Positions 1-11,541 of a stretch of DNA of 64,000 nt are shown here, one piece after another. The first letter of the stretch is position 1. Each line of letters opens with the position of its first letter. This DNA is from Carpediemonas membranifera BICM (taxonomy: Eukaryota > Protista > Fornicata), in contig JAHDYR010000001.1 in assembly GCA_019828565.1 (NCBI GenBank), positions 62,001 through 126,000 of the forward strand, written 5' to 3'. Below the pieces are notes generated by a model that saw only the letters and a list, made by a program, of their open reading frames with translations, was not told the DNA's origin and did no database searches. The position numbers were made by a program, and so were the translations under genes.

Positions 1-1197
1 AGAGCGTCTTGATCTCGGCGCGCGAGTATGCCTGATGGCGCCGCGGGATGACGTAGAAGTCGGCTGCCGCGCCTGATGTGGCAGGGGCCGAGTCGAGCAC
101 CGCCTGGCGCATCTGGCCGGCGTCCTCCAGACGAGAGAGGCGCCCGCGCAGTCGGCGTACACGCGGTGGTGGTCGTGGAGGGTCACGCCGACGGAGCCGG
201 GCTGGGGGAACTGGCCGCCGAACACGTGGAAGGCGAAGCGGCGGCGCGTCTCGTCGTCCTCGAGCACGGCGCGGAGGGCGTCCTGCACGCCCTGGCTGTC
301 CGCGGGGAAGCGCAGCGGGGCGAGCACGGCGTCGACCGTGAGCGGGTTGGGGCGCACGAGTAGGGCCCGCAGCTGGGCGGCCGTCAGCGCGAGGACCTTC
401 TCGCTGAAGCGCGTCTTCGAGGGCGTCGGGCGTGAAGACCAGCGTGCCCTCGCGGAAGATGGGCACAGGTAACTCCATGCCTCCGACGGCCTGGCGGACG
501 GCCACATGCGGCAGCTCGACGACCAGGTCGGGCAGGGCCTTCGCGGAGTCGTCGCCCGAGAGCGTCGCGGGGATGGCGAACAGGTCCTCCTCGCATGCGG
601 CGATGCTGGCCAGGCTCGCCGAAACGTCGTCAGCGAGGGCGATGTCGACCGGGTCCTCGCGGAACATCTGCAGGCGCACGCGGTCGATGTCGTCGACGAA
701 GGCGTGGGCGTTCGCGAACCTGCTGCTCGCCGCGTTGAGGTCGACCTCGGGGTCCAGCTCGTTGGCAGCGGCAGCGAAGAGGCCGTCGGCCAGGGCGCGG
801 CGGACGGACCAGCGGGCCTCGGGGTGGGTGGCGAGCATGCCGGAGAGCACGTCGCGCAGGGCGTCGGGGACGGCAACAGTGGCGAGCAGGGCGGCGCAGA
901 GAGTGTCGTCGTTGGCGGTCGAACTCTCGAGCAAGTCCTTGTTGCAGCTGAGAGAGGATGTCCCTGCAGAAATCCGTATAGTCCTTCGTCATCAGCGCCA
1001 GCATCGTCAGGCCCGCGTGGTAGACATCGGCTGCCTGCTGCTCGCGATGCTTCAGCTTCTTTCCGGCCTTGCGCGCGGCGATCTCCTCGGGCGCGCTGAA
1101 GGCGAGCGTGCCGATGTTGACTCCGGTCGCGGTCGCGTTCACGGCGTCCATGTTCGAGGCCGTCTCGAAGTCGACGAGCACGGGGTGACCCTCGCGC

Positions 1198-1228
<31 letters not shown>

Positions 1229-4200
1229 CGCAGAGCTTGCGATGGTGCTCGGTGTCGAGCTTGAAGGTCTTGGCGAAGAAGGTCTGGCCGTCGCGGGTCA
1301 CGATCTGGCACAGCGCTCTGTTCTCGCTGACGGTCGACTCGACAGCGAAGTCGGACAGCGACAGGTCGGCGCGCATCTCGGGGAGGTCCATGAGGTGGGC
1401 CAGCCCCATCTCGCGCAGCTCGGCAAAGAGGCTGGCCGACGGCGCGGTGAGGGCCTCCAGCTCGGGGCAGAGCCGGACGAGCTGCGGCGTGCGGCGGGAA
1501 AGAACATCCTTCATGTGTGCCAGCTTGACTTTGACGGAGTCTAGTTCCTTCTGCGCTTCGTCAAGCTTGCCGACGCCGTGTTTGCGTTTCCTGCTGAAGA
1601 AGTCGACATCCTCTTCGAGCTCCTCGGCCTTGCTCTTCAGGTCTGGTAGTCGCCCAGCGACCGGAGCTGCGCAGTGATGGCGTCGGCCTCGGCGAACCCA
1701 GCCAGGTGGACCTCAGCCTCGGCGGCCAGGCCAGTCAACTGGCGAATGGTGCGCTCCTCAGCGCTCGTGTCCTCGCCAAGCTCCTTCCGACTGAGGGCAC
1801 ACTGCCACGTCACGCGGACGGCCGGCTGGAGGAAGGCGCGGAGCGTGGCGTACCTGGCCTGCAGCTCGGGCGCGAGGGTGGGGAAGTCGACGACCTCGTT
1901 GTCAGCGGCCTCGAGCATGCGGGCCATCTCGTCGAGCGAGGGGAGAGACTCGAAGGCGGCGGCGCCGTCGACGATGGCCGAGGCCGCCTGGTAGGCAGCG
2001 CTGACAGCGGCGATCCTGGCCTCGAGCGCCTCGACCCCGGCCCTGGCCTGGGCGATGGCCGCCTCGTACTCGGTGATGCGGATCTCTGGGTGGCGTCTGG
2101 CCGGGCCGAGTCGGCTGATGAGACCAGCGGGCGACGGAGTGTCGTCAGTGTCAGGTGTTGGCATGGCGACCGAGAGCAGGGGTGGCCCTCGAGCGTGGCG
2201 CTCAGCCCAGCAGCCTGGTCGGCAGCGGCGAAGGTCACCATGGCCTGGAGAGACGAAATGGTGGTCCTCGCGTCAGAGAGTTTTGTCCTCGCCCAAGACA
2301 GTTCTGTACTCGCCTCAGAGAGCTCCACCCTGAGTCTGGCGTTGCAGTTCGCCAGTGATGTGATTGCGTCAACGGCATCATTATGCGGACCTTCGGCCAC
2401 AAACAGTCCACCCGCCATTCTGATCATGGACGAAATCGGGTCGGCCATGGCGATGCGGAGATCTCGTGGGGCGACCTGCGATGAGGCCACGCGAGAGACG
2501 ACCTGCCTCAGCTGGCCGATAGACGCGTCAACCAGGACAACGTCCGAGACGGCGCCCGAGCAGAAGTCGGCAACAATCTGGTCGCACCTGCATTCGTTGA
2601 AGAGCTTGATGAGCTTGGCCATCTCGGCGTCCTTAGAGTCTATCTTGGCGAACTTGTCCTCCAGCCAGACTCTGGCGGCGGGGCGGGTCAGCGTCATCGT
2701 GAAGGAGCGGGGCAGACCAGTGGCGAGGAAGTGGAGGAGGATGCGAGCGGTGTCGCTGATGAGTACTTCTGAGTCGTCAGGGTCGACGGTGATGTCGGCG
2801 TCGGGGGTGACTGGGCTGGAGCAGAGCTGGTTGACGGTGGCCAGGAACTGGGGGGTGCGGGTGAGTGCGCTCCAGACCTTGGCTGTCGTGTCGCTGGATC
2901 CAGACACGATCGTGGTGCCGTCTCGGGAGAACGCGACACCATCCACCGTATGATTGTGCCCCGAGAACGTCCTGATCAGCGCCCCGGTCGCGACGTCCCA
3001 CTGCATGATGGTGTTGTCGCCAGACCCAGACAGCAGAGTCCTGCCGTCGGGGGAGAAGGCGAGGCTCCACACAATATCGGTGTGCCCAATAAGGGTCCGA
3101 GTCAGCTCGCCAGTTGCGGAGTCCCAGAACTTGATTGAGCCAACATTGTCTCCGGATGCGATGATGGCCCCGTCGGGTGACACGGCAATCGTGATGACAC
3201 CGGAACCATGGTCCATGGTCCTGATGCATTCGCCAGTTGTGGCGATCCACTGCTTGACCTTGCTGTCCCAACTTCCAGTGCAAATGGTCGAGCCATCAGG
3301 GGAGATGGCCACACCGATCACCTCTCTGGAATGCCCTGTGAATATCAGCCTGCACTGCCCTGTCTCGACGTCCCAGACCTTGGCGGTTTTGTCATACGAT
3401 CCGGAGACCAGGGTGCGGCCATCGGACGAGAATGCAACGCAGTGCACAACATCAGTGTGCCCGCTTTGGGTCTTAGTCACCCGACCTGTGGCTACGTTCC
3501 AGAGTTTGATGAGACCGTCATCGCCACCATATGCGATGGTCGACCCGTCCGGCGACACGGCAACGCATAAGAGTTGACCTCCATGTGTCATGGTCCTGAT
3601 ACACTGACCAGTGGCCGAGTCCCACAGCTTGACGGTGCCATCGCATGAGGCACTGACGATGGTGCCGTCGGAGGTGGCGGCGGCACCGTGCACAACGTAT
3701 TCGTGCCCAGTCAGTGTCCTAACGCACTCACCAGCCTCCATAGGTTTCATAGACCGCGTGTTCCACGCTTCTAGCGCGAGCTCAACCCTGTTCTCATGGT
3801 CGGCCTCGAGTCTACCACGCACCATAGAAACGGTAACAGCGGGCTCAGTGAGCTCTATCGTCAGAGTCTAGGGTTCTATACTCTCGCTGAGTAGGTACTG
3901 GATGACCTGCTCGAGGTCCTGCACGGTGATTGGTGTCTCGCCTCGCTTGCGGATCTGGATGCCCTCGGGGCCGGGGCGCTCAGCTCTTGCGGTGCGGATC
4001 TGTACATCTACTGCTCTGCAGTCCTTGCTGCGTGAGAATGCGGCCTAGACACGTACCACTGGCTGTGTGATCACGGAATTGGCTGATCAAACGCGTCAGG
4101 CGTGCTGTGTAAGGGAATCGCGATGCAGCTGGGCTACTGCTGTTGCTACGCACCATCTGTGTGAGAATCGCTGGAAACCGCGAACCTTGGGCATCATCGC

Positions 4201-4289
4201 TCCATGCTTGAAAACGACCAAGTCATCCGAGTCGATTGTGCTCAGGGGTGAGTCGACGCCGTGCCAGCCGCGGAACGCAACAGTGACGC
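1..4289 (-). pseudogene. WD40 - coiled coil - protein kinase - HECT-like multidomain gene, copy 1 (disrupted; runs off the window start)
   Basis: ORFs 1810..3825 (WD40 repeats, e.g. SGSYDKTAKVWDVETG), 1637..2164 and 630..1514 (kinase, RDLKPEN, DFE, APE) are pieces of one gene. Relative to copy 2 it has an in-frame TAG at 3868-3870, a C-run frameshift at about 2180, a 219-bp deletion in the kinase at 1222-1228 and a 281-bp deletion at about 418. Confidence 0.85.
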
Positions 4290-4617
4290 AGGACAGTGGC
4301 ACTCGCCCTTGCCGAGAATGCCTGGGTCTAGACCTTTGTCCGGGCTCGACCACACTTGCACCACCAGCATTTATGACCTATTACTCAGGCCTACTGCCGG
4401 GCCAGAGCAGGCGAAGTTGGTTGACACGGCCCGGTCGTGCTTCAGGTGGGTCTTCAGCAAGGGTGCAGCTGTGGCAAATGGCCAAAACCGTGTTTTGGGG
4501 AGGCGAGTGCCACCCTCCCCGCGTGTGACTAGCCGAGCCGAGACTCTCCACAAGCCAGCTCACTCACTGTAGATCCCTATCGTGCGAAGACACGCTTGCA
4601 TTGAACTGGCGTATTCG

Positions 4618-6273
4618 ATGCCTGGTTCTGAAAGCACTTCGCCCAGCGTAATGGACGATTTGACAACTGCATACCGTCAGTCTCTGGTGGTGGCCTCGGA
4701 TATTCCCGGGGACATCCCTTCATTGCTTCGCCACGCCTTCTCGCGGCACTTCAAGCAGAACATGCCCGCGGTCCAGCGTAAAGAGGCTGAAACGCCACCG
4801 AGCAGTGTCACAGATGTTGCCGAGCTTCTCGCTATGCTCATCAGCATCCCTTCTCTCGAACCAACTGCGCAAGTCCTCCTCGACTGCGCGCGCTCGATCC
4901 TCACCAGCGGCCCCAGAGTGTCCATGAACGTCGAGCTCGCGGATGGCGAGGAGCTCCCGGTCGCCCTGCACACGTTGCTCCAGGGAACGCTCTTCGCGGT
5001 CCTCGTCCACGGCGGCGCCGACCCCGACCTGGAGAGGACTGTCGAGCAGGCCGAGAGGCAGCGCGTCGGCTACAGCCAGGAGGACAAGCTCCCCTGGTTC
5101 CTCTGCAAAAAGTTCGCCTTCGTCCACCAGGTCGCCGCGAAGGACGGCCAGACCGCGACCGACGTCAACAACAGCATCGCCCACCGCATGTACGCGGGCC
5201 GGATCTTCGAGCTAGTCCCCGAGCAGCAGATCCTCAAGCACACACTCGTCCGTCTCCCCCCGGTCGCCCGAGCCTTTGGTCTGGGCACGCTGACGCTGCT
5301 CGCTGCCACGCCGGCCGGAACATACGGCATAGACTATCACATACGACACATCCTATTCGACGAGTCCGATAACGGCAACCCAACCCAGATGAAAACCCCT
5401 GCCCGAATCTTTTTTCGATTCTGTCCGCGAGTCGCTGAATTCGAAAGGAGCAAACCCACATGGCACAAGCACGAGGTGGTGCTCGACGCAGGGTTCTACG
5501 GAAACAGCTGCGTCATCCTCACCCCCGTCGACACGGTCATCGCGGGCGTGATGGGGTTGGATGGGGTCAGACTCGACTGCCACCCCTTTAACCTTCACCC
5601 TGCGCCTCTGCCCGACGGATTTGTGGCTCAGATGGCGCTGATTGACAAGAAGACGGTCGTCCTCACCGCTGAGAGCGGGCTTCAGGTGATTGTGGGACAG
5701 AACTTGTTTGGCCGGCTCGGCGTGGGTCATATGGGCAAGCTCACAGAGTTTGAGTATCTTTCTGAATATGTTGACAAGATTATATACAGCGGTGACTTTT
5801 TTTTAATATTCCAGAGCGGGTTGCAGATTATGTACGCTGGCAAGGTCAACCAAGTCATATCACGGTCTGGGCTGTTGCCAGATAGCTCATTCAACGACAT
5901 CCTTGCGTATCCCAGGCCTCTCGTCTTCACCCACCACCTGCATCGCTTCTATTGCTCGGAGTGTTTACTTGTTACCGTCCACGACGGACAGACTCATGTA
6001 ATTCGGGTCGACACGAATGCCCTTGCAATTGTCAGGTTCAGTCTGCCATTCCAAGCAACTACAATGGCTCACCGGCCGAGTCACGACTCCACTGCCATCC
6101 TGTTCAGGGATGAGGCCGGCCAATGGTACTCGGTCGCCGTGCAGCCTAACGCTGAGCATCACCCAGAGAGGGTTGGAGGGTGCCCGCGGGGGTACGGTAT
6201 CGTGCCGCTGCCCCTGGTGGATGTTGGGCCGGTTGACGTTGGCCGACCGGAGCTGTCCAACGAGGAATGGTGA
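4618..6273 (+). CDS. RCC1-like repeat family protein (lineage-expanded family)
   Basis: Intact ORF of about 550 aa with an RCC1-like motif GQNLFGRLGVGH. Shares DIPSLLRHAF, WFLCKKF and RMYAGRIF blocks with the paralog at 39120-40854. Confidence 0.65.
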   Translation: MPGSESTSPSVMDDLTTAYRQSLVVASDIPGDIPSLLRHAFSRHFKQNMPAVQRKEAETPPSSVTDVAELLAMLISIPSLEPTAQVLLDCARSILTSGPRVSMNVELADGEELPVALHTLLQGTLFAVLVHGGADPDLERTVEQAERQRVGYSQEDKLPWFLCKKFAFVHQVAAKDGQTATDVNNSIAHRMYAGRIFELVPEQQILKHTLVRLPPVARAFGLGTLTLLAATPAGTYGIDYHIRHILFDESDNGNPTQMKTPARIFFRFCPRVAEFERSKPTWHKHEVVLDAGFYGNSCVILTPVDTVIAGVMGLDGVRLDCHPFNLHPAPLPDGFVAQMALIDKKTVVLTAESGLQVIVGQNLFGRLGVGHMGKLTEFEYLSEYVDKIIYSGDFFLIFQSGLQIMYAGKVNQVISRSGLLPDSSFNDILAYPRPLVFTHHLHRFYCSECLLVTVHDGQTHVIRVDTNALAIVRFSLPFQATTMAHRPSHDSTAILFRDEAGQWYSVAVQPNAEHHPERVGGCPRGYGIVPLPLVDVGPVDVGRPELSNEEW

Positions 6274-6587
6274 GGAGCTGCTCGACTGGCAGAGTTGGGT
6301 CTCAGGGATGATTTATATATTGCATGTATTAGGTAAACCGACGCTAGTATGTTGAGGAATTGAGCTGCCATTCACACTGAGGCTGATGACCAGTGTTAAG
6401 CACTTGGCTGACCCTTCCGAAGCATAGAGTATGCTTCTTTAACGTCACTTCACACATGCTCAGGTGGTAAACAGCAGCAAACCACGGCCAACGTCCGCCC
6501 GAAACACATTCTTTAAAGTGCGAATGTGCAGGTTAGCATGATCGACTCGAATCACACAACAGCACGGCAGCGGACGCTAGATGCATT

Positions 6588-8084
6588 ATGCTAACGAAAA
6601 GCGAAGGTGTTTATCTTAAAATGCATCTCAAGAACGAAACAACCCCACGATCACCCTCCACACCGCCAATTCCTGATCCTCCGTCGAATATTTCTCTTCG
6701 AGTTGCCTCTCAACGCCTTCCTCAACCTATTTTGCACAATCGCGACACAGTTACACCAATGCATGAGCCACATTCTCATCCATCGCACAGTGGGCCGCCA
6801 AGACCACCAAGCGAGGTCACGGGTCGGCATGTGTCCTTCGTAGTCCCCTCCAGCCCCCCTCCAGCCGCCCGTATCCCCCGACAGATCCCGCAGAGCCCAA
6901 TGGTCGGGATCTACTCCCTGCAGACAGACGCCGTGCTCGACCCAACGCCCCGTCCCCATGTACCCTCGTCCCACATGACCAAGGCGTCCATGGTGGCTAT
7001 GCTGAGACACCACATGTCTGCCCCACCCCCGGCTCCGCCAGTCGACGACGTGGAGGACCTCATACGGCACACACCGTCCAGGACACAGGCGAGGGTCACG
7101 GTGCTGGGGAATATCGCCCAGCACCAGCTTCCCATGTCCTCGTTTACCGAGTGGTCGTTGTTCCAGAGTCTAATAGGGGCGGCCATTGAGCTTCCAGACG
7201 GCTGGGTTCGGGGTACTGGCATTTATTACATGGACGCCACCCATTTACAAGCGTTTAGGTATGTAGACAGAAAAGAAGTCTCAGAACTGCCAGTACATGT
7301 GGTATTCGGGAAGACAGAGCCCAACTCCGTCACGGGGGTCGACTCCGACTGCGAGTCAGTCCTAGTCACCAAGAAGTCCCCCAACGAGCTCCTCATCGCC
7401 GAGATGGAGGCGCTGTTCGACTCAGTCACGCCATTTACGCCCCAGAAGGACCAGGCCCCGCTCTGGTCGAAGTACATCACGCTGGCCCGGTATATAGGGG
7501 GATACAAGGGCATCAACCCCCTGCCCTTCCTCGAACGACGGTTCCAGTGCCTCTGGCTGACTAAGCGCGGGTTCACTGACATCGTTGACCGACAGTTGAA
7601 GAATGAAGACACGATTGACGAGGTGCTGGGTCGGGGTCCGATCGACACGAGGCCGAAGGTCTCGGAGATGCCCTCACTCAACCCGCAAGACGCAGGGGCC
7701 CCACTTCACATGGACAGGCTGCTCGGGGAGCTGTTCTCCATCATCGGCGAGGCTTCAAGCCCTGCCGCCGCCCTCCTCCAACAACACGGTGACGACACCG
7801 CCATACCCTCCCCGCCCAGGCTGAGGGAGCCGAGCAGGATCGCGCACACGGGGCCCATGGTGATGGTCAACAACCCCCTCTACCAGACACTACCCCGGAT
7901 GTACTACCTGCCGTCCTCGGCTCCGTGGTTTGGTTCGACTGTCGTGCCGCTGCCGTTTACCCCACCCTCGCCAACTATCGCTGACGATCCACTCGATTTG
8001 CCGGAGATTTGTTTCCCGACAGTCATGGGGGAGTTGGCGTCGATGCCGGCGTATGCGTTGCCCAGGCTTGGATACAGGCACTGA
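6588..8084 (+). CDS. Hypothetical Pro-rich protein
   Basis: 498-aa ORF with Pro-rich ends and a globular-looking core. No family recognised; start uncertain. Confidence 0.6.
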   Translation: MLTKSEGVYLKMHLKNETTPRSPSTPPIPDPPSNISLRVASQRLPQPILHNRDTVTPMHEPHSHPSHSGPPRPPSEVTGRHVSFVVPSSPPPAARIPRQIPQSPMVGIYSLQTDAVLDPTPRPHVPSSHMTKASMVAMLRHHMSAPPPAPPVDDVEDLIRHTPSRTQARVTVLGNIAQHQLPMSSFTEWSLFQSLIGAAIELPDGWVRGTGIYYMDATHLQAFRYVDRKEVSELPVHVVFGKTEPNSVTGVDSDCESVLVTKKSPNELLIAEMEALFDSVTPFTPQKDQAPLWSKYITLARYIGGYKGINPLPFLERRFQCLWLTKRGFTDIVDRQLKNEDTIDEVLGRGPIDTRPKVSEMPSLNPQDAGAPLHMDRLLGELFSIIGEASSPAAALLQQHGDDTAIPSPPRLREPSRIAHTGPMVMVNNPLYQTLPRMYYLPSSAPWFGSTVVPLPFTPPSPTIADDPLDLPEICFPTVMGELASMPAYALPRLGYRH

Positions 8085-8320
8085 ATGTATTGTAGATCGT
8101 GGATATATTACGAGATTTGTACCATATCGCTAAATTGAGGAAGGATGATGTCTTTTTGGATGATTGCTCTTTTTTACCACCGTAACTTGAACTGTGAGTG
8201 AGGGAGGGCTAAAGATCGAGTACTTACGATCGCTGCTGGCTGTAGGCAGTCATTGATGGCCTCTGGCATGCTGTGTGGTCGATCGGAGTCAGTGCAGTTT
8301 AGGAATGCAGCATCGGCGCA

Positions 8321-10501
8321 ATGGACTTCTTTGCCCCTCGACAAGTCAAGAAAACCAAGAAGGCAAAGGCTCCTGTTAAGCGGAAAGCTAGTGAAGCGAC
8401 TGTGCAAACAACGAAGCGTATGACCGATCATACGGCGAATGGTGGTGACCTGCTGTGGAAAGACCTTGCCCAGCTCTTCGAGGACGTTGAATCAACCACC
8501 AAGCGCCTTGAGATAACCGCATATGTCAGGAAATATCTCATATGCGGCCTCCGTAACGACGAGGCCGGTCTTCGCAACCTCCAACCCGCCGTATGGCTCA
8601 TGTCCAACCGCCTAGGGCCCCAGTACGAGGGGCTCGAGACCGGAGTGGGCGACTCGCTCGTCAAGGACCTTCTGACTGCGATCACGTCACCCTCTATCAT
8701 CAACGCGAAGCTCAAGAGCGAGCCCGACCTCGGGAGCATCGCCGCGTCGATACTGGTGAAGCAGAACCGCCACGCATTCTCCAAGCCCAAGCCGCTGTAC
8801 CTGCCGCAGCTCATGGCTGAGCTCCACGCCATCTGCAAGCTCGACGGCGAGGGTGTTCGCAAGGAGAAGCGGGGCCGGATACAGCGCCTCATCAACAACT
8901 GCACGACCGCTCCAGAGATCAAGTTCCTGGTACGCACCGTGCTGCCCAAGGGCCTGCGGATCGGGCTGAAGGACCCTACAATCCTGACTGCCTTGTCCCA
9001 GGCAGCAGCGGCGTTCGACAGCAAGCTGGGTCGACCCAGCGTTGGCGACGAGAAGGACGCCGAACGTGTGGTGAAGGCATCCTTCGCTTCCTGCCCCAAC
9101 TACGATATCCTGCTCGACGCGGTCAAGACGCACGGCCTGGCGGAGTTGCCCAAGCTCTGCGTCCTACGCTCGGGCATTCCCGTCAACCCGATGCTCGCCA
9201 AGCCCATGAAGTCGGTAGAGTCGGTCATCACCAAGCTGGCCGCCGTCACGGACGAGATCACGTGCGAATACAAGTACGACGGCGAGCGGGCTCAGGTGCA
9301 CTTTACGCAGGATCCTGACGGGACTACGGCCATCCAAATATTCTCGAGAAACATGGAGGACATGTCCCGGAAGTACCCTGATCTCGTGGACGTGGTCGCT
9401 GGGTGCAGAGCGGTCATATCCCCGGAGATCGCGAATCTGATCCGGAATGGGTCTATGGACGAGGCAGCGAACGACCCCAACCTCGAGGTCGGCGCGGAGG
9501 TGACTTCATTCGTGGTCGACTGCGAGGCTGTGGCGTACAACGTGGCGACGAGCAGCATCCTCCCCTTCCAGACGTTGATGTCTCGGCAGAAGAAGGTCAC
9601 GGACGAGATCACCGTCGACGTCGCGCTCTTCGCCTTCGACATGATCCTCATCAACGGCGTCCGTCTGCTCGACCACCAGCTCAAGGATCGCCGCACGATC
9701 CTGCGATCTGTCACTACCGAGGGCGGCAAGTTCCGGTTCGCCATTGGTGAGGATTTCGTCATCACCAGCGAAGATGGGGCGGAGCCGACCGACGTCATTG
9801 GCCGCATTGGCGATCTGGGCGATGATGGGTCAGCCACAGGCCTGCTCGACGCCTCAGTGAAGGCCTCGTGCGAGGGGCTGATGGCCAAGGCCTTGACGGG
9901 GCCCGGGGCGCACTACCAGCCGTCGGTCAGGTCGACCCATTGGCTCAAGCTCAAGAAAGATTACCTCGGTGCTGGAGGAGATACACTCGATCTTGTGGTC
10001 ATGGGCGGAAGATACGGTACTGGTGATCGGGCGGGCAAGCTTGGGACGTTCCTGCTCGGGTGTCGGGGCGGGGGCGTGGGCTTTGAGGACGATGACGACG
10101 ATGATGTCTACAAGTACATCACTGACTGCGGGTCTGGCCTCAAAGACGAGGATCTGATCGAATATTCGAAGAATGAGTATCGGGTCGACCGCAAGCCTGC
10201 TGAATATGTCGTGTCAACTCAAAACACTGCGGGCAAGAGGCTCGACGACGTTGTCTGGTTCAGGCCGGGTCTGATCTGGGAGATCAAGTTCGCTGACATC
10301 ACCGTGTCGCCCAAGTCGAAGGGCGGTGTTGGGGCCGACCCCAAGAAGCCCGGGCTTGGGCTATCGCTGCGGTTCCCGCGTTGTGTGCGGCGTCGGGACG
10401 ACAAGACGCTGGAGTCGATCAGCAACGACGCCGACATGGTGGATGCCTACCAGAGGCAGAGTGTGGTGGCCAACAACAAGGGGGATGACGACTTTTACTA
10501 G
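8321..10501 (+). CDS. LIG1: ATP-dependent DNA ligase I
   Basis: PMLAKP, adenylation motif EYKYDGERAQ, SCEGLMAK, WLKLKKDY, DTLDLVV, SLRFPR, RDDK. Confidence 0.95.
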   Translation: MDFFAPRQVKKTKKAKAPVKRKASEATVQTTKRMTDHTANGGDLLWKDLAQLFEDVESTTKRLEITAYVRKYLICGLRNDEAGLRNLQPAVWLMSNRLGPQYEGLETGVGDSLVKDLLTAITSPSIINAKLKSEPDLGSIAASILVKQNRHAFSKPKPLYLPQLMAELHAICKLDGEGVRKEKRGRIQRLINNCTTAPEIKFLVRTVLPKGLRIGLKDPTILTALSQAAAAFDSKLGRPSVGDEKDAERVVKASFASCPNYDILLDAVKTHGLAELPKLCVLRSGIPVNPMLAKPMKSVESVITKLAAVTDEITCEYKYDGERAQVHFTQDPDGTTAIQIFSRNMEDMSRKYPDLVDVVAGCRAVISPEIANLIRNGSMDEAANDPNLEVGAEVTSFVVDCEAVAYNVATSSILPFQTLMSRQKKVTDEITVDVALFAFDMILINGVRLLDHQLKDRRTILRSVTTEGGKFRFAIGEDFVITSEDGAEPTDVIGRIGDLGDDGSATGLLDASVKASCEGLMAKALTGPGAHYQPSVRSTHWLKLKKDYLGAGGDTLDLVVMGGRYGTGDRAGKLGTFLLGCRGGGVGFEDDDDDDVYKYITDCGSGLKDEDLIEYSKNEYRVDRKPAEYVVSTQNTAGKRLDDVVWFRPGLIWEIKFADITVSPKSKGGVGADPKKPGLGLSLRFPRCVRRRDDKTLESISNDADMVDAYQRQSVVANNKGDDDFY

Positions 10502-10715
10502 ATAAACTGTGTTTCTGCAGCTCTCCCCGTCCACACCTTTTCGTCACTGCCTGTGGAGTTGCCACGGGTCGTCAACATGAGCGGCGTTGGATGGCACAGC
10601 TCAGCCCCAGCGCATTGCAAGAGACAGCACTGTCTGCGCATGCTACTTAGACTGCCAATCGCCCAGTCGGGCATAACTTGCGGCGACTCTGGCAGAACCA
10701 AGCACGTAATCAATC

Positions 10716-11444
10716 ATGGCTCCGCCTGCTCTAATCTTCCTTGCTGGTAGTGGAACGAGACTTCGGCCTCATCTTGAGAAGCCCGTGGCCCATAAGTCGC
10801 TGGTGCCTCTTCCCGACGGCAGCACAATCACTTCTCGCCAGATCAAGCAGCTCCACACTCTCCGTGAAGAGGGCTTGATCTCGGACATCCACGTTGTCCT
10901 TGGAAACGCCGCTGAGGCCATGGAGGCGTACATCCGGGAGCTGGAGACCGGCCTCACCGTCCACATGAACGAACAGCACGCCACGACCAACACCGCCGCG
11001 TCCGCCCGCATCGGCCTGCAGGAGATGACCGAAGAGACTGTTGTCTGCATGGACGGCGACGTCGTCATGGACATCGACATCCTCCGCCAGACCGCCCGGG
11101 ACGCCGAGTGCAACGTCTCCGTCCTCCGCCCCGAGGCCGGCCTCGACGACGAGTGCGTCAAGTGCGACTACGACGCTTCTACTGGTCGCATCCACCACCT
11201 CGGCAAGGGCATCGAGGGCCAGGCCGAGGCCATTGGCGTCTACAAGGTCCCCCGCGCCGCCATCGTCGAGCTTCTTTGCGGCGAGGGTCTCGCCAACAAG
11301 TACTTCGACGATGTGCTCTCCATCTACGCCGAGCGTGGCGGTGCGCTGAAGGCGATCGACATCACCGGACTCCAGGTCACCGAGGTCGACGAGCTCGCCG
11401 ACTACCAGCTCGCCCAGGCCATCGTCAGCGCCGGCACCCCCTAA
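10716..11444 (+). CDS. Sugar/choline-phosphate nucleotidyltransferase (NTP_transferase, LicC-like)
   Basis: N-terminal LAGSGTRL...KSL motif, DGDVV, and C-terminal EVDELADYQLA typical of LicC/phosphocholine cytidylyltransferase-like GT-A enzymes. Confidence 0.8.
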   Translation: MAPPALIFLAGSGTRLRPHLEKPVAHKSLVPLPDGSTITSRQIKQLHTLREEGLISDIHVVLGNAAEAMEAYIRELETGLTVHMNEQHATTNTAASARIGLQEMTEETVVCMDGDVVMDIDILRQTARDAECNVSVLRPEAGLDDECVKCDYDASTGRIHHLGKGIEGQAEAIGVYKVPRAAIVELLCGEGLANKYFDDVLSIYAERGGALKAIDITGLQVTEVDELADYQLAQAIVSAGTP

Positions 11445-11541
11445 CTGACTATACTTAAACCCATTTACCAGTAGTGTAACATGACACCACACCGCCCCAC
11501 CGGGCCGACGAAAAGCAATACCAATTTACACAGCAGAGCAC

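Noticed and set aside
76-3871. Long plus-strand ORFs (432..1544, 1706..2953, 2954..3577) and their mirrors at 31407-35407
   Set aside because: Antisense shadows of the WD40-kinase gene with no independent motifs.
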